Source of the DNA: an uncultured Gemmatimonadaceae bacterium
GTDB taxonomy: Bacteria > Gemmatimonadota > Gemmatimonadetes > Gemmatimonadales > Gemmatimonadaceae
Direction of reading: 5' to 3'
DNA: 64,000 bases
Assembly (NCBI GenBank): GCA_963817955.1
Contig: CAWFQK010000004.1
Coordinates: forward strand, 768,001 to 832,000
The first letter of the stretch is position 1. Each line of letters starts with the position of its first letter. The notes beneath the pieces are model-generated. The model was not told where the DNA came from. It saw only the letters and a program-made list of their open reading frames with translations, and searched no databases. Positions 10,135 through 20,420 of this stretch are shown piece by piece. Position numbers and translations under genes: made by a program.

Positions 10135-11490
10135 ATGGGCGACGCGCGACGCGCTCTGCCGAGCGTGAGCTCACTCCTCGAGAGCGACGCCGTACGTCCG
10201 CTGCTCGAACGTGCACCACGCAGCGTGGTCGTCGACGCCATCCGTCACGCCATCGACGCAGCGCGCGCCTCACCCGGCGACGCACCGCAAGATGAACAAA
10301 CGTGGGCGACCCTGGTCGCCACCGCGGTTGCGAGCGCCACGACCCCGTCGCTCCGGCCCGTGCTCAACGGAACCGGTGTGGTGCTGCACACCAACCTGGG
10401 GCGCGCGCCTCTCGCGCCGGCGGCAATCGATGCGGTGGTGCGCGTGGCCACCGGCTTCTCGAATCTCGAGTACGATCTCGAGACCGGCGAGCGTGGATCC
10501 CGGTACACACACTGCGCCGCGCTGCTGCGGGAGCTTACTGGCGCCGAGGACGCGCTGGTCGTCAACAATGGCGCGGCAGCGCTGGTCCTGTCACTCAACA
10601 CGCTTGCCGAGCAGCGAGAGGCAATCATCTCGCGCGGCGAGCTCGTCGAGATCGGCGGCAGCTTTCGCATTCCCGATATCATGACAAAGAGCGGCGTGCG
10701 GCTGATAGAAGTCGGCACCACGAACCGCACGCACGTCGACGACTACCGCCAGGCGCTCGGCGCCGACACGGGCATGATCGTCAAGGTGCACCGGAGCAAC
10801 TTCGCGGTCACCGGATTCGTGGCCGAGGTGTCTGCCGCAGATCTGGCGCAACTGGCATTCGACCGCGGGGTGCCGTTCCTGCACGATCTCGGCAGCGGCC
10901 TCCTTCTGTCGCTCGCGGACTATGGTCTCGCCGGCGAGCCAACTGCGCGCGAGGCCATTCGGGATACGGGAGGCCGCGCCATCGTGACGATGAGCGGAGA
11001 CAAGTTGCTCGGCGGCCCCCAGGCTGGAATCCTGCTCGGACCGCGCGACGCGATCGCGCGCATCCGCGCGAATCCGCTCACGCGGTCCTATCGCGTCGAC
11101 AAGCTGACGCTCGCCGCGCTCGAGGCAACTCTGGCGCTGTACCGTACGCCGGCGCGTGCCCTGACGGAGATTCCCGCGCTCGCACAGCTCACGGTTTCCG
11201 TGGACGTACTGCGTGCGCGAGCGGAGCGTCTCCGCGCCTTGATCGGCCACGCGGTCGACGTGGTCGAAAGCAACGCGAGCGTAGGAGGTGGCGCGTTTCC
11301 AACGGCGCGCATCCCGTCCATCGCGCTGGCCGTTGCCGGCCACGCAGACACCATCGAGCGCCGCCTCCGCGCGGGCCATCCACCTCTCGTCGCCCGAGTG
11401 ACAGACGGTCGCGTCTTGATCGATCTGCGGACGATCTCCCCTTCGGACGATTCCCTGGTCGCCGCTGCAATTCAGGCGGCAATCGAGTGA
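10135..11490 (+). CDS. selA: L-seryl-tRNA(Sec) selenium transferase
   Basis: NGTGVVLHTNLGRAPL, NLEYDL, SRGELVEIGGSFRIPD, EVGTTNRTH, SGDKLLGGPQAG (PLP lysine). Confidence 0.95.
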   Translation: MGDARRALPSVSSLLESDAVRPLLERAPRSVVVDAIRHAIDAARASPGDAPQDEQTWATLVATAVASATTPSLRPVLNGTGVVLHTNLGRAPLAPAAIDAVVRVATGFSNLEYDLETGERGSRYTHCAALLRELTGAEDALVVNNGAAALVLSLNTLAEQREAIISRGELVEIGGSFRIPDIMTKSGVRLIEVGTTNRTHVDDYRQALGADTGMIVKVHRSNFAVTGFVAEVSAADLAQLAFDRGVPFLHDLGSGLLLSLADYGLAGEPTAREAIRDTGGRAIVTMSGDKLLGGPQAGILLGPRDAIARIRANPLTRSYRVDKLTLAALEATLALYRTPARALTEIPALAQLTVSVDVLRARAERLRALIGHAVDVVESNASVGGGAFPTARIPSIALAVAGHADTIERRLRAGHPPLVARVTDGRVLIDLRTISPSDDSLVAAAIQAAIE

Positions 11491-12059
11491 CGGGCCGGCC
11501 CGCGGCGTTCCTCGATCGCGATGGGACTATCATTCGCGACGCCGACTACCTGGCTGATTCCCGCGAAGTGGAGCTGTTGCCCGGCGCGGCCGACGCCATT
11601 CGCCGCCTGAACTCGGCAGGCGTCGCGGTCGTGGTGGTGACCAACCAATCCGGAATCGCGCGCGGATGGATCACGCGCGAGCAATACGACGCCGTCTGTC
11701 ACCGGCTGGAGTCGCTGCTCGCTGCGGAGGGCGCGACGCTCGACGCCACCTATATGTGCCCACACCATCCGGACATCACGGGTCCGTGCGATTGTCGGAA
11801 GCCTGGACTCGCGCTCTATCGACAGGCGATTGCCGAACACGGTCTCGATCCCGCCCAATCGGCTTTCATCGGCGACAGGTGGCGAGACGTTGCCCCCGCG
11901 GCCGCGTTCGGTGGGCTGGGTATTCTGTTGGATGTAGCGTCCACGCCGGACGAAGACCGGTCACGCGCCGACGCGAAGCACCTCGCGATATCAAAATCAC
12001 TCGCCGACGCCGTAGATCGTTACCTGGCCGAGCTTCCCGCACGGCGCCGTGAGCAATAA
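11487..12059 (+). CDS. gmhB: HAD-IIIA phosphatase, D-glycero-D-manno-heptose 1,7-bisphosphate phosphatase-like
   Basis: FLDRDGT, VTNQSG, CPHHP...CDCRKP, IGD; GTG start overlaps the selA stop. Confidence 0.85.
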   Translation: MTGRPAAFLDRDGTIIRDADYLADSREVELLPGAADAIRRLNSAGVAVVVVTNQSGIARGWITREQYDAVCHRLESLLAAEGATLDATYMCPHHPDITGPCDCRKPGLALYRQAIAEHGLDPAQSAFIGDRWRDVAPAAAFGGLGILLDVASTPDEDRSRADAKHLAISKSLADAVDRYLAELPARRREQ

Positions 12060-12069
12060 GATCCGCGCG

Positions 12070-12774
12070 ATGAGATCGCGTGTTGCCGTACTTGCGTCGG
12101 GAAGCGGTTCCAACCTTCAGGCCATCCTGGAGCATTTCGAGCGATTGGGTGACCGTCGCGGCGGCGATGTGGTGCTCGTCGCCAGCGATCGCGCCACGGC
12201 GGGCGCGCTCGACCGCGCGGCCCGCCACAATATTGCGACCGCCGTGCTACCGTCCGATGCACGGCCCGCCGCCCGCCCGCTGAGCGAGTTGGTCGGCGAC
12301 TACGATGTGGATCTCATCGTGCTGGCCGGGTACCTCAAGCTGGTACCTCCGGAAATCGTCGCGGCGTATGAAGGCCGAATGGTGAATGTTCATCCATCCC
12401 TGCTCCCGGCGTTCGGCGGGCCTGGAATGTACGGGCAGCGCGTGCATCGGGCAGTCCTCGAGGCAGGCACGCGGGTGAGCGGGGTCACCGCGCATTTCGT
12501 GAACGACGTGTACGACCGCGGGCACATCATTGCGCAGTGGCCGGTGCCGGTGTTTCCCAATGACGACGCTGCGACGCTCGGCGCGCGGGTGCTGCGCGTG
12601 GAACACCTGTTGTACCCGCGCGTCGTCGATGCCGTTGCCGCGGGCCGGACGACGCTGTCGAATTGTGCCATGGTCGGCAGCAGGCTGGTGGTGGACGCCC
12701 TCCCGTCGTTCACGCTTCTTCCGCATGAGGATTCTCGTCTTGCCGAGAACATCGAGCTCGCGCTGGGCTGTTGA
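12070..12774 (+). CDS. purN: Phosphoribosylglycinamide formyltransferase
   Basis: VLASGSGSNLQA, LAGYLK, NVHPSLLP, SGVTAHFV. Confidence 0.95.
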   Translation: MRSRVAVLASGSGSNLQAILEHFERLGDRRGGDVVLVASDRATAGALDRAARHNIATAVLPSDARPAARPLSELVGDYDVDLIVLAGYLKLVPPEIVAAYEGRMVNVHPSLLPAFGGPGMYGQRVHRAVLEAGTRVSGVTAHFVNDVYDRGHIIAQWPVPVFPNDDAATLGARVLRVEHLLYPRVVDAVAAGRTTLSNCAMVGSRLVVDALPSFTLLPHEDSRLAENIELALGC

Positions 12775-12892
12775 GCTGAGCGTGGCGCTCGCCTGGCCGC
12801 TCCGGTTCAGATATTCACCCGCCGAAGTCATCGACCTTCGGGACCTTCGCTCGCTCACGCGCCCATAAATCCTCGCCCTCTTCCCATTCCCA

Positions 12893-14431
12893 ATGCCCCG
12901 CGCGCTTCTCTCCGTTTCCAACAAGTCAGGCCTGGTCGATTTCGCCCGCGGGCTCACCGAGCTGGGTTGGGACCTCGTCTCCACCGGTGGTACAGCCAAG
13001 GCACTGCGCGACGCAGGCCTCACCGTGTCCGACGTCAGCGACATCACCGGCTTTCCGGAAATGATGGATGGACGCGTGAAGACACTGCACCCTGCCGTAC
13101 ACGGCGCATTGCTGGCGCGACGCGACCTGCCGGCGCACATGGCCGCGCTCGCCGAACACGAGATCACGCCGATCGATCTCGTCGCCGTGAATCTCTATCC
13201 GTTTCGCGAGACCGTCGCGCGCAAGAACGTGACGCCCGAAGATGCCATCGAGAACATCGACATCGGCGGACCAAGTATGCTCCGCTCTGCCGCGAAGAAT
13301 TTCGAGTCCGTATGGGTGGTAGTCGATCCGGCGGATTACGGCCGCGTGCTCGCCGCGTTGCGCGCCGATGACACCGACTCCGACCTGCGCCGCTTGCTCG
13401 CGGGCAAGGTCTACGCCCACACGGCGTCGTACGACGCGGCAATCGCCGCCTGGTTCGCACAACAGCGGCAAGACAAGTTCCCGCAAACGATCGTCGTCTC
13501 GCTCGATCGCGCACAGACACTGCGCTATGGCGAGAATCCGGATCAAGCAGCGGCATTCTACGTCGAACGCCCAGGTGCAGGCTTGGCGGGGCTGACGCAG
13601 CATGGAGGCAAGGAGCTCTCGTTCAATAATTTCCTCGACCTCGAAGGCGCGTTGCTCGCCATCGATCCATTCGCCGGTGAGGCGGCATGTGCGATTGTAA
13701 AACACACCACGCCGTGCGGGCTCGCGATCGCCGCAACAGGCGTCGAGGCATACAAGAAGGCACTTGCCTGCGATCCCGCGTCCGCGTTCGGATCGGTGAT
13801 TGCGTTCACCGTGCCGGTGGACGATGCCACCGCGGACGCCGTCTCCAGTCTATTCGTCGAGTGCATCGTCGCGCCCGAATTCAGCGCCGGCGCGGTCGAG
13901 ATCCTCGGGCGCAAGAAGAACCTGCGCGTGCTCGAGGGACGTGCCGAATGGGGCATTGGCGCCAACAACCTGGACTACAAGCGCGTCCGTGGCGGCGTAC
14001 TCGTGCAGGAACGCGCTTCAGGAGTGAACGACGCCAGCGCCTGGAAGGTGGTCACCAAGCGCCAGCCGACAGCCGAGGAGTACCGCGACCTGCTGTTCGC
14101 CTGGCGTGCCGTTGCGAGCGTCAAGTCGAACGCGATCGTGCTCGCGCGCGACGGCGCAACGATCGGTATCGGCGCGGGTCAGATGTCGCGCGTTGACGCG
14201 GCCTTCATCGCCGTGCACAAGGCTGCGGCTGCAGGGCACGCCACCGCTGGCTCGTCGCTTGGGTCCGACGCCTTCTTCCCCTTCCGCGATGGCGTGGATC
14301 AGGCCGCCGATGCCGGAGTCACGGCCATCGTCCAACCGGGCGGCTCGGTCAGGGACGCCGAGGTGATCGCCGCCGCGGACGAACGGGGAATGGCGATGGT
14401 GTTCACGGGCAAGCGGCAGTTCCGCCACTAG
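12893..14431 (+). CDS. purH: Bifunctional AICAR formyltransferase/IMP cyclohydrolase
   Basis: [50 protein letters not shown]. Confidence 0.98.
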   Translation: MPRALLSVSNKSGLVDFARGLTELGWDLVSTGGTAKALRDAGLTVSDVSDITGFPEMMDGRVKTLHPAVHGALLARRDLPAHMAALAEHEITPIDLVAVNLYPFRETVARKNVTPEDAIENIDIGGPSMLRSAAKNFESVWVVVDPADYGRVLAALRADDTDSDLRRLLAGKVYAHTASYDAAIAAWFAQQRQDKFPQTIVVSLDRAQTLRYGENPDQAAAFYVERPGAGLAGLTQHGGKELSFNNFLDLEGALLAIDPFAGEAACAIVKHTTPCGLAIAATGVEAYKKALACDPASAFGSVIAFTVPVDDATADAVSSLFVECIVAPEFSAGAVEILGRKKNLRVLEGRAEWGIGANNLDYKRVRGGVLVQERASGVNDASAWKVVTKRQPTAEEYRDLLFAWRAVASVKSNAIVLARDGATIGIGAGQMSRVDAAFIAVHKAAAAGHATAGSSLGSDAFFPFRDGVDQAADAGVTAIVQPGGSVRDAEVIAAADERGMAMVFTGKRQFRH

Positions 14432-14520
14432 CCAAACTCGCACCGAGTAGTTCGTACCAGTAGTCACCCCTCGGCAACCAGTAGCGTAACCCATTCCGGT
14501 TCATCATCTTTCCACCTTCT

Positions 14521-14543
14521 CGCCCCGCCTCCTCAGCGGGGCG
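14521..14543. terminator. GC-rich hairpin after purH (possible terminator, no clear U-tract)
   Basis: CGCCCCGC-N7-GCGGGGCG perfect 8-bp stem. Confidence 0.4.
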
Positions 14544-14571
14544 CTTGCTGTCGGACACCCCACGGATCGTA

Positions 14572-16877
14572 ATGGCGACCTCCACGACCACCGAGCTGGA
14601 CTATCGCCCGTCCTACCGCGCCGCCGTTGTCGTGTCGCTGGCGACGCTGGCGCTCTACCTCCTCACGCTCGCTCCGTCCACCGCGATGTGGGACACGAGC
14701 GAGTACATCGCCGCCGCCTACACGCTCGGGCTTCCGCATCCGCCTGGAAATCCGCTGTTCGTCATTCTCGGCCGCGTCTTCTCCATGCTGCCGATCGCGA
14801 GCAGCGTCGCGGTGCGCGATCAACATCCTCGCCGCGATCTGTAGCGCCGTCTCGGCGGGCATGTGGTTCCTGGTCACCGAGCGCGTCCTCGTGGGCTGGT
14901 TCCGCGAACGGTGGCAGCGCGTAGTTGGCGGCGTGGTCGCCGCGCTCATCGGCGCCACCGCGTTCACGGTGTGGAATCAGTCGGTCGTGAACGAGAAGGT
15001 CTATACTGTCTCACTCGTCGGCATCGCGATCATCTCATGGCTGATGATCCGCTGGTGCGATGAGCCGGACGGCCGTAAAGCCGACCGCACGCTCGTGCTC
15101 GTCGCGTACCTGCTCGGCCTCGGCTACGCCAATCACATGGCCGGCATGCTCGCCGCGCCGGCGGTTGGCCTCGCGGTGCTCATCGTGCGGCCGCGCACGA
15201 TCTTGCGATGGAAGCTGCTGCTGGCCTGCGTCGGCATGTTGCTGTTCGGCCTGACGCCGTTCGCGACGCAGCCGATCCGCGCCGCGCACTTCCCCGCGAT
15301 CAACGAAGGCGAGCCGACGGCCTGTCGCACGAAACTCGAGCTTCGCTGCACGTTCTCCAAGGGGACGCTACGACGCATTCATGTACAATTTCAATCGCGG
15401 CCAGTACGGCAAGCCCGATCTCACCGACCGCCAGGCCCGCTTCGGCGCGCAGGTCGGCATGTGGTGGCTGTACTTCAAGTGGCAGTGGATTCGCGACGCC
15501 CACGGCGACCACCAGTTTGCACAGGCGATGCTCGCGGCGGTGTTCCTCGTCCTCGGGTTGATCGGCGGATGGGTGCACTTGCAGCGAGACCGACGAAGTT
15601 TCTGGTACTTCGGTTCGCTGATGTTCACGCATGACGCTGCTGCTCATCTATTACCTGAACTTCAAGTACGGCGCATCGCAGGATCCGACCTCGCAGGCAC
15701 CGCACGAGGTGCGCGACCGAGACTATTTCTTCCTCTGGAGCTTCTCGGCGTGGGGCGTGTGGGCGGGACTCGGCCTCGTCTTCGTCTGGGAATCGATCGC
15801 CGCACTGTTCGGCGCCGAGGAGGTGAAAGTAGGCCGCGAGACGGTGCTCGTGCCCAAACCGACCAGTTGGCGATACGATCGCCCATCCTGTTGTTGGCCG
15901 TCGTGCCGCTCTTCGCGAACTGGCATTCGGCATCGCGCGCCGGACAGCGGGACACGCGCGACTTCGCGGAGGATCTGCTCAACTCAGTGGAGCCGTACGG
16001 CGTGCTGGTGACCGTCGGCGACAACGACACCTTCCCGCTCTGGTACGCGCAGGAAGTGGAAGGCATTCGCCAGGACGTGGTGGTCGCGAATACGTCGCTC
16101 CTGAATACCGACTGGTACATGCGCCAGATGATTCGTCGTCCGATCTTTGCCTACGACGCGGCAAAGGGTCCGGCTATCTACCGCGGCCAGCAATGGGTGA
16201 AACCGACGACGGCCCCCATTCACATGTCGATGGACGAAGCGGACTCCGTGCCGGCGTACTATCCGCTGAATAGCCCAATGGCCTTCACGTCGGGCGCGCT
16301 CAAAGCGACAATCGACCCGAAGAATCTCGACCATAGCGTCCTGCAGCGCGCAGATCTGTTCGTGCTGCGCATGATTCAGGACGCTTGGCCGCAGCGCCCG
16401 ATCTACTTCGCGCGCACGTCGGGTGGCTACGCGCGCTCACTCGGTTTGGGCGACGACGTGTTGACGCAGGGGTTGGCATCGAAGCTCTTCCTGCCGCCAA
16501 CCGGCACCGCCAAGGACACTGTCTACGTGCAGGGCGATGGATGGCTGGACGTGCCGCGCAGCGACACGCTCTGGAACAAGGTGTTCGTCGGCCCGCAGTC
16601 GGTGCTCAAGACCGGCGACTGGATCGATCGGCCGTCGGTGGGCATTCCCTATCTCTACGTCGCGACTGGCCTCGAGCTCGCAGAGGCCCTCAAGGGGCAA
16701 GGCAACCTGCAGGCGGCGCAGCAGGTATTCAACACGTCGAAGAACATCGCGGTAGCGGTGCGACTCGACGACTTGATTCGCCCGGCGGAAGCAGAGTTCA
16801 AGACGCCACTCGCCGGTGACACGGCGCGCGGCACTCCATTGGTAGCGCCAAAGGCCAAGCCAACGCCCAAGCCGTAG
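14572..16877 (+). CDS. DUF2723/TMEM260-like membrane glycosyltransferase; four frameshifts (~14818, ~15368, ~15630, ~15878)
   Basis: WDTSEYIAAAYTLGLPHPPGNPLF, WNQSVVNEKVY, HEVRDRDYFF and GDNDTFPLWYAQEVEG lie in successive frames. Confidence 0.85.
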
Positions 16878-16879
16878 GT

Positions 16880-17797
16880 TCAAGCGCGGTGCGGCGCAAT
16901 CAGCACTGAGCAGTGTGCGTCCCGGATGATGCGGGTACGCACGCTGCCCAGCAGGATGCGATCGACGAAGCCCAGCTCGTGACCGCCAACGGCGATCAGG
17001 TCGCAGTGCTCCTGCTTGGCGTATTCCAGGAGCTGGCCGACGACATCGCCCTGCAACATCACCGTCTGCACACGCCGCCTGGTCTCCTTGTGGATCTCGT
17101 GACGGATCTGCTCGAGCTTGTCGGCGGCACCCGTGCTGTACACGTCTACCAGGCTACCGGCTTCGTGTTTCGGAGCGGCGAGGGCCGATGCGTGCACCAA
17201 CGTGAGCGTGCCGTCCGCCACCATGAGGCGGGCGGCGAGCTTTGCTGCCCCAATGCTCGACTCGCTGAAGTCGATAGCGGCAATCACGCGCGCCGGAAGC
17301 TCCTGGACATCGGGTGGCACGGCGAGCATCGGCACGGCGGCACGACGCGCGACCGCAATTGCCGTCTCCGGTCCGAACAGACGGTCCACCGCCTTGTGAC
17401 GGCCAATGCCGAGCACGATCAGCGACGCCGGCCAGCACCGCGCTTCGTCCACGAGCGCCTCGGCGGGCCAACCGACCACGGCATGCACCGTCCAACTGGC
17501 GGTGCCGCGGATTGTCGCGAGCTGATCCTGCACCGCAACGAGCGCGGCGCGCCGGTTGTCCGCATCGATCACCGCCGGGGGCGCCATCTCGAACGGCGAT
17601 GGCGCCACATGCGGGAAAGGCGTGCTCACGGTGAGCACCTGAACGCTCGCCTGCGCGCGTTTGGATAGCGCCCGTGCTATATGGATTGCGCCGAGCGACG
17701 AAGCATCACCAGCGGCGCCGAGCAGAATGTGCAACGGCAGGTGTACCGGACGCGCCGACTGCCGAGTCTTGAGTCCCACCGCCCGTGCGCCAGCCAT
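16880..17797 (-). CDS. Tandem-domain universal stress protein
   Basis: Two USP units: LIVLGIGRH...PMLAVP and AAIDFSESS...DLIAVG...LLGSV...CSVLIAP. Confidence 0.9.
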   Translation of the reverse strand: MAGARAVGLKTRQSARPVHLPLHILLGAAGDASSLGAIHIARALSKRAQASVQVLTVSTPFPHVAPSPFEMAPPAVIDADNRRAALVAVQDQLATIRGTASWTVHAVVGWPAEALVDEARCWPASLIVLGIGRHKAVDRLFGPETAIAVARRAAVPMLAVPPDVQELPARVIAAIDFSESSIGAAKLAARLMVADGTLTLVHASALAAPKHEAGSLVDVYSTGAADKLEQIRHEIHKETRRRVQTVMLQGDVVGQLLEYAKQEHCDLIAVGGHELGFVDRILLGSVRTRIIRDAHCSVLIAPHRA

Positions 17798-17911
17798 AGC
17801 GCCTCCAGATGAGTTGCCCCATCAACAACGTGCTGTACGCAGCACGGAGTGGCAGTCAGGCGATATCGTGCCGGCCGTGGCGAATCGCCCGACGGCCGCT
17901 CGCAGCGAACG

Positions 17912-18046
17912 TCAGTGACAGTCGCAGGACGACCCACAGTCGTCGGAGCGCCGGCGGCGTGCCCGCCACACCCGCAAACTGAGATACGTCACGGCCAGTG
18001 CCACCACAACGAACGTCACCAGAGGGTCCCACCAGGGTGTCTTCAT
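17912..18046 (-). CDS. FeoB-associated Cys-rich small membrane protein (44 aa)
   Basis: MKTPWWDPLVTFVVVALAVTYLSLRVWRARRRRSDDCGSSCDCH; start overlaps the feoB stop. Confidence 0.75.
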   Translation of the reverse strand: MKTPWWDPLVTFVVVALAVTYLSLRVWRARRRRSDDCGSSCDCH

Positions 18047-19983
18047 GCGAATCCCACCGCCTTCCCGCCATGATAGACGAGGTACGCGACTCCGTATGCG
18101 AGCAGAAGCATGTACATGAACTGCAGCGCCGCCCACGCGGCACCCGTGCGGCCGCCGCCCGTCTCGCGAACGGTGACGGCAGTGGTGCTGGTGCACATCA
18201 GGGCAAACACATAGAACGCCATCAGCGCGAGCGCGATGATCGGCGTGTAGGATGCCTCGCCGTGGCTGTTCCGCGCCTGCCGAAGCTCAGCAGACAGTGC
18301 CGCCGTACGCCCGCCGCCGGACTGCTCGTCTACGCCGTAGATGGTGGCCATGGTGCTGACGAACACTTCCCGCGCCGCAAACGAGGATGCGACCGAGACA
18401 CTGATTTTCCAATCGAACCCGAGCGGGCGCGCGGCGGGCTCGAGCACCTTGCCGACTCGACCGAGCGCCGAATACGCGAGCCGCGCTTCCGAGGACGCGT
18501 GTGGGTCGGGAGACTTGGGGTACTGCGCCAATGCCCAGAGCACGACGGACGCAGCGAGGATCACCGTGCCGGCGCGTTGCAGAAAGACCTTGATCCGTAG
18601 CCAGACGGACATAGAGAGCACGCGCGTATTCGGCAGGCTGTACGACGGCATCTCCAGAATCAGAGCTCGCGTCGCCCCGCGAAGCAGGGTCTGCCTGAAC
18701 ACCGCTGCCGCGGCGAGCGCGCCAATCGTGCCAAGCAGGTACATGCCGAGCAGCGTCAATCCCTGCAGATTCAGCACGCCATGCATGACGGCCACACTGG
18801 GCACGAACGCGCCGATGAGCAACGCATACACCGGGAGGCGCGCGGAACAACTGATGAGCGGAACGACGAGAATCGTCGCCATCCGCTGCTTGGGATCCTT
18901 GATCGTGCGTGTGGCGAGAATGGCCGGCACGGCGCACGCGTACCCGGACAGCAGCGGAATGAAACTGCGCCCGTGTAGCCCCACCGGCCGCATGAATCTG
19001 TCCATGACGAATGCCGCACGGGCCATGTAACCGCTGTCCTCGAGCAACCCAATGAAGGTGAACAGGATCGCGATCTGCGGTACGAACACCAGCACGCTAC
19101 CCACTCCACCCACGACGCCGTCGACCAGCAAGCTTCGAAACTCGCCGGCGGGAATCACGCGCGTGAGTCCGCTGGCGAGCCACGCCATCACCCATTCGAT
19201 GCTGCCGGTGAGCGGGCGAGCCCAGGTGAACATGGTCTGGAACATCAGCGCCATGATGACCACGAAGATCAGCGGTCCCCATACCGGATGGAGCGCCACC
19301 CGGTCAACTCGATCGCTGGCCGTTCGCCGTCCGATCGCGGGCCGCGGCGCACATCGCGCCACCACTTCACCGATCCGCGCGTAACGCGCCTCAACAGACA
19401 CGGGCCCGCGTGCCACGGGAAGCGGCAGCGACTTGGCGACCGCGATGGCATGCCGTAAACGGTCGATGCCCTCTCCCCGACTGGCGACGACGGGAACCAC
19501 CACGGCGCCCAATTCGTGAATCAACTCGGGAATGTCGATCTGCCAACCGGAGGCGGTCAGGCGGTCCATTCGGTTCAGCGCGATCACCGTCGGCCGCCCC
19601 AGATCCAGCACCTCGCTCGCGAGAAACAGGTGCCGCTCGATGTTCTCGGCGTCAACGACGACGACGGTCACATCCGGAGCCGGCACGCCGTGGATGCGGC
19701 CGAGCAGTACGTCCACCGCGATCCGTTCGTCTGGCGAATCGGCGGTCAGACCGTATGTGCCAGGAAGATCAGTGACGATGACGCGCCGCCCACCGTGTGC
19801 GAACGAGCCTTCGACGCGCTCCACCGTGACGCCCGGAAAGTTCGCCACCTGTTGGCGCAAACCGGTGAGCGCGTTGAACAACGTGCTCTTCCCGGCGTTC
19901 GGATTCCCAATGAGCGCAACGCGGAGCGGCCCCGCGAGGTCCTGTGGATCCGCTGCATCTCTGACGACGGCGACCGCGCTCAT
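18043..19983 (-). CDS. feoB: Ferrous iron transporter B
   Basis: GNPNAGKS, NFPGVT, DLPGTY, LEDSGYMARAAF, CSARLPVY, AREVFVST. Confidence 0.95.
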   Translation of the reverse strand: MSAVAVVRDAADPQDLAGPLRVALIGNPNAGKSTLFNALTGLRQQVANFPGVTVERVEGSFAHGGRRVIVTDLPGTYGLTADSPDERIAVDVLLGRIHGVPAPDVTVVVVDAENIERHLFLASEVLDLGRPTVIALNRMDRLTASGWQIDIPELIHELGAVVVPVVASRGEGIDRLRHAIAVAKSLPLPVARGPVSVEARYARIGEVVARCAPRPAIGRRTASDRVDRVALHPVWGPLIFVVIMALMFQTMFTWARPLTGSIEWVMAWLASGLTRVIPAGEFRSLLVDGVVGGVGSVLVFVPQIAILFTFIGLLEDSGYMARAAFVMDRFMRPVGLHGRSFIPLLSGYACAVPAILATRTIKDPKQRMATILVVPLISCSARLPVYALLIGAFVPSVAVMHGVLNLQGLTLLGMYLLGTIGALAAAAVFRQTLLRGATRALILEMPSYSLPNTRVLSMSVWLRIKVFLQRAGTVILAASVVLWALAQYPKSPDPHASSEARLAYSALGRVGKVLEPAARPLGFDWKISVSVASSFAAREVFVSTMATIYGVDEQSGGGRTAALSAELRQARNSHGEASYTPIIALALMAFYVFALMCTSTTAVTVRETGGGRTGAAWAALQFMYMLLLAYGVAYLVYHGGKAVGFA

Positions 19984-19993
19984 CGGCCGTCGT

Positions 19994-20326
19994 TCAGGGA
20001 ACGACAGGAACGGCGAGGATCGCGGCGGCAAGCGACGTAGCTAACGCGAGACGCGAACCGCGCACGTCCAGCAGGACACCACTGCGGCGATCGACCACGG
20101 TAACGGGCGCACCCTCGAACACGCCCAACACGCGCAGGCGCCCAATGTCGTCGTGCGGGCAGGCGATGCGCACGATCACCGCGCGAACGCCGACCGGCAA
20201 GCTGGCGAGCGCGCAGGGCGCCTGGCAGGCCGCGTCGCACGGCACCGCACAATCGACAACATGCCCGGGGCCGGCCGCGACGTTTGTGCGGCTGGCTCGG
20301 AATCGGCGGATGAACGCCCTGAACAC
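19994..20326 (-). CDS. feoA: FeoA family protein with Cys-rich N-terminal extension
   Basis: RLRVLGVFEGAPVTVV...DVRGSRLAL; directly upstream of feoB. Confidence 0.8.
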   Translation of the reverse strand: MFRAFIRRFRASRTNVAAGPGHVVDCAVPCDAACQAPCALASLPVGVRAVIVRIACPHDDIGRLRVLGVFEGAPVTVVDRRSGVLLDVRGSRLALATSLAAAILAVPVVP

Positions 20327-20420
20327 GGCCGTTTATTTCCTCGCGGTGGGACTGTCCAGCAATAAATCTAAGCCCAAGTACACGCCGTGGAGATCCAATC
20401 AGGCGACTTTGGCAAGACCA

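Noticed and set aside
12775..12892. ZMP/ZTP (pfl) riboswitch upstream of purH
   Set aside because: The context fits, but I could not find the GACTGGCG and GCCTGGGC-type conserved elements in the expected arrangement; a covariance search would settle it
20361..20381. Fur/DtxR box upstream of feoA
   Set aside because: AT-rich but with poor dyad symmetry; not supportable by eye
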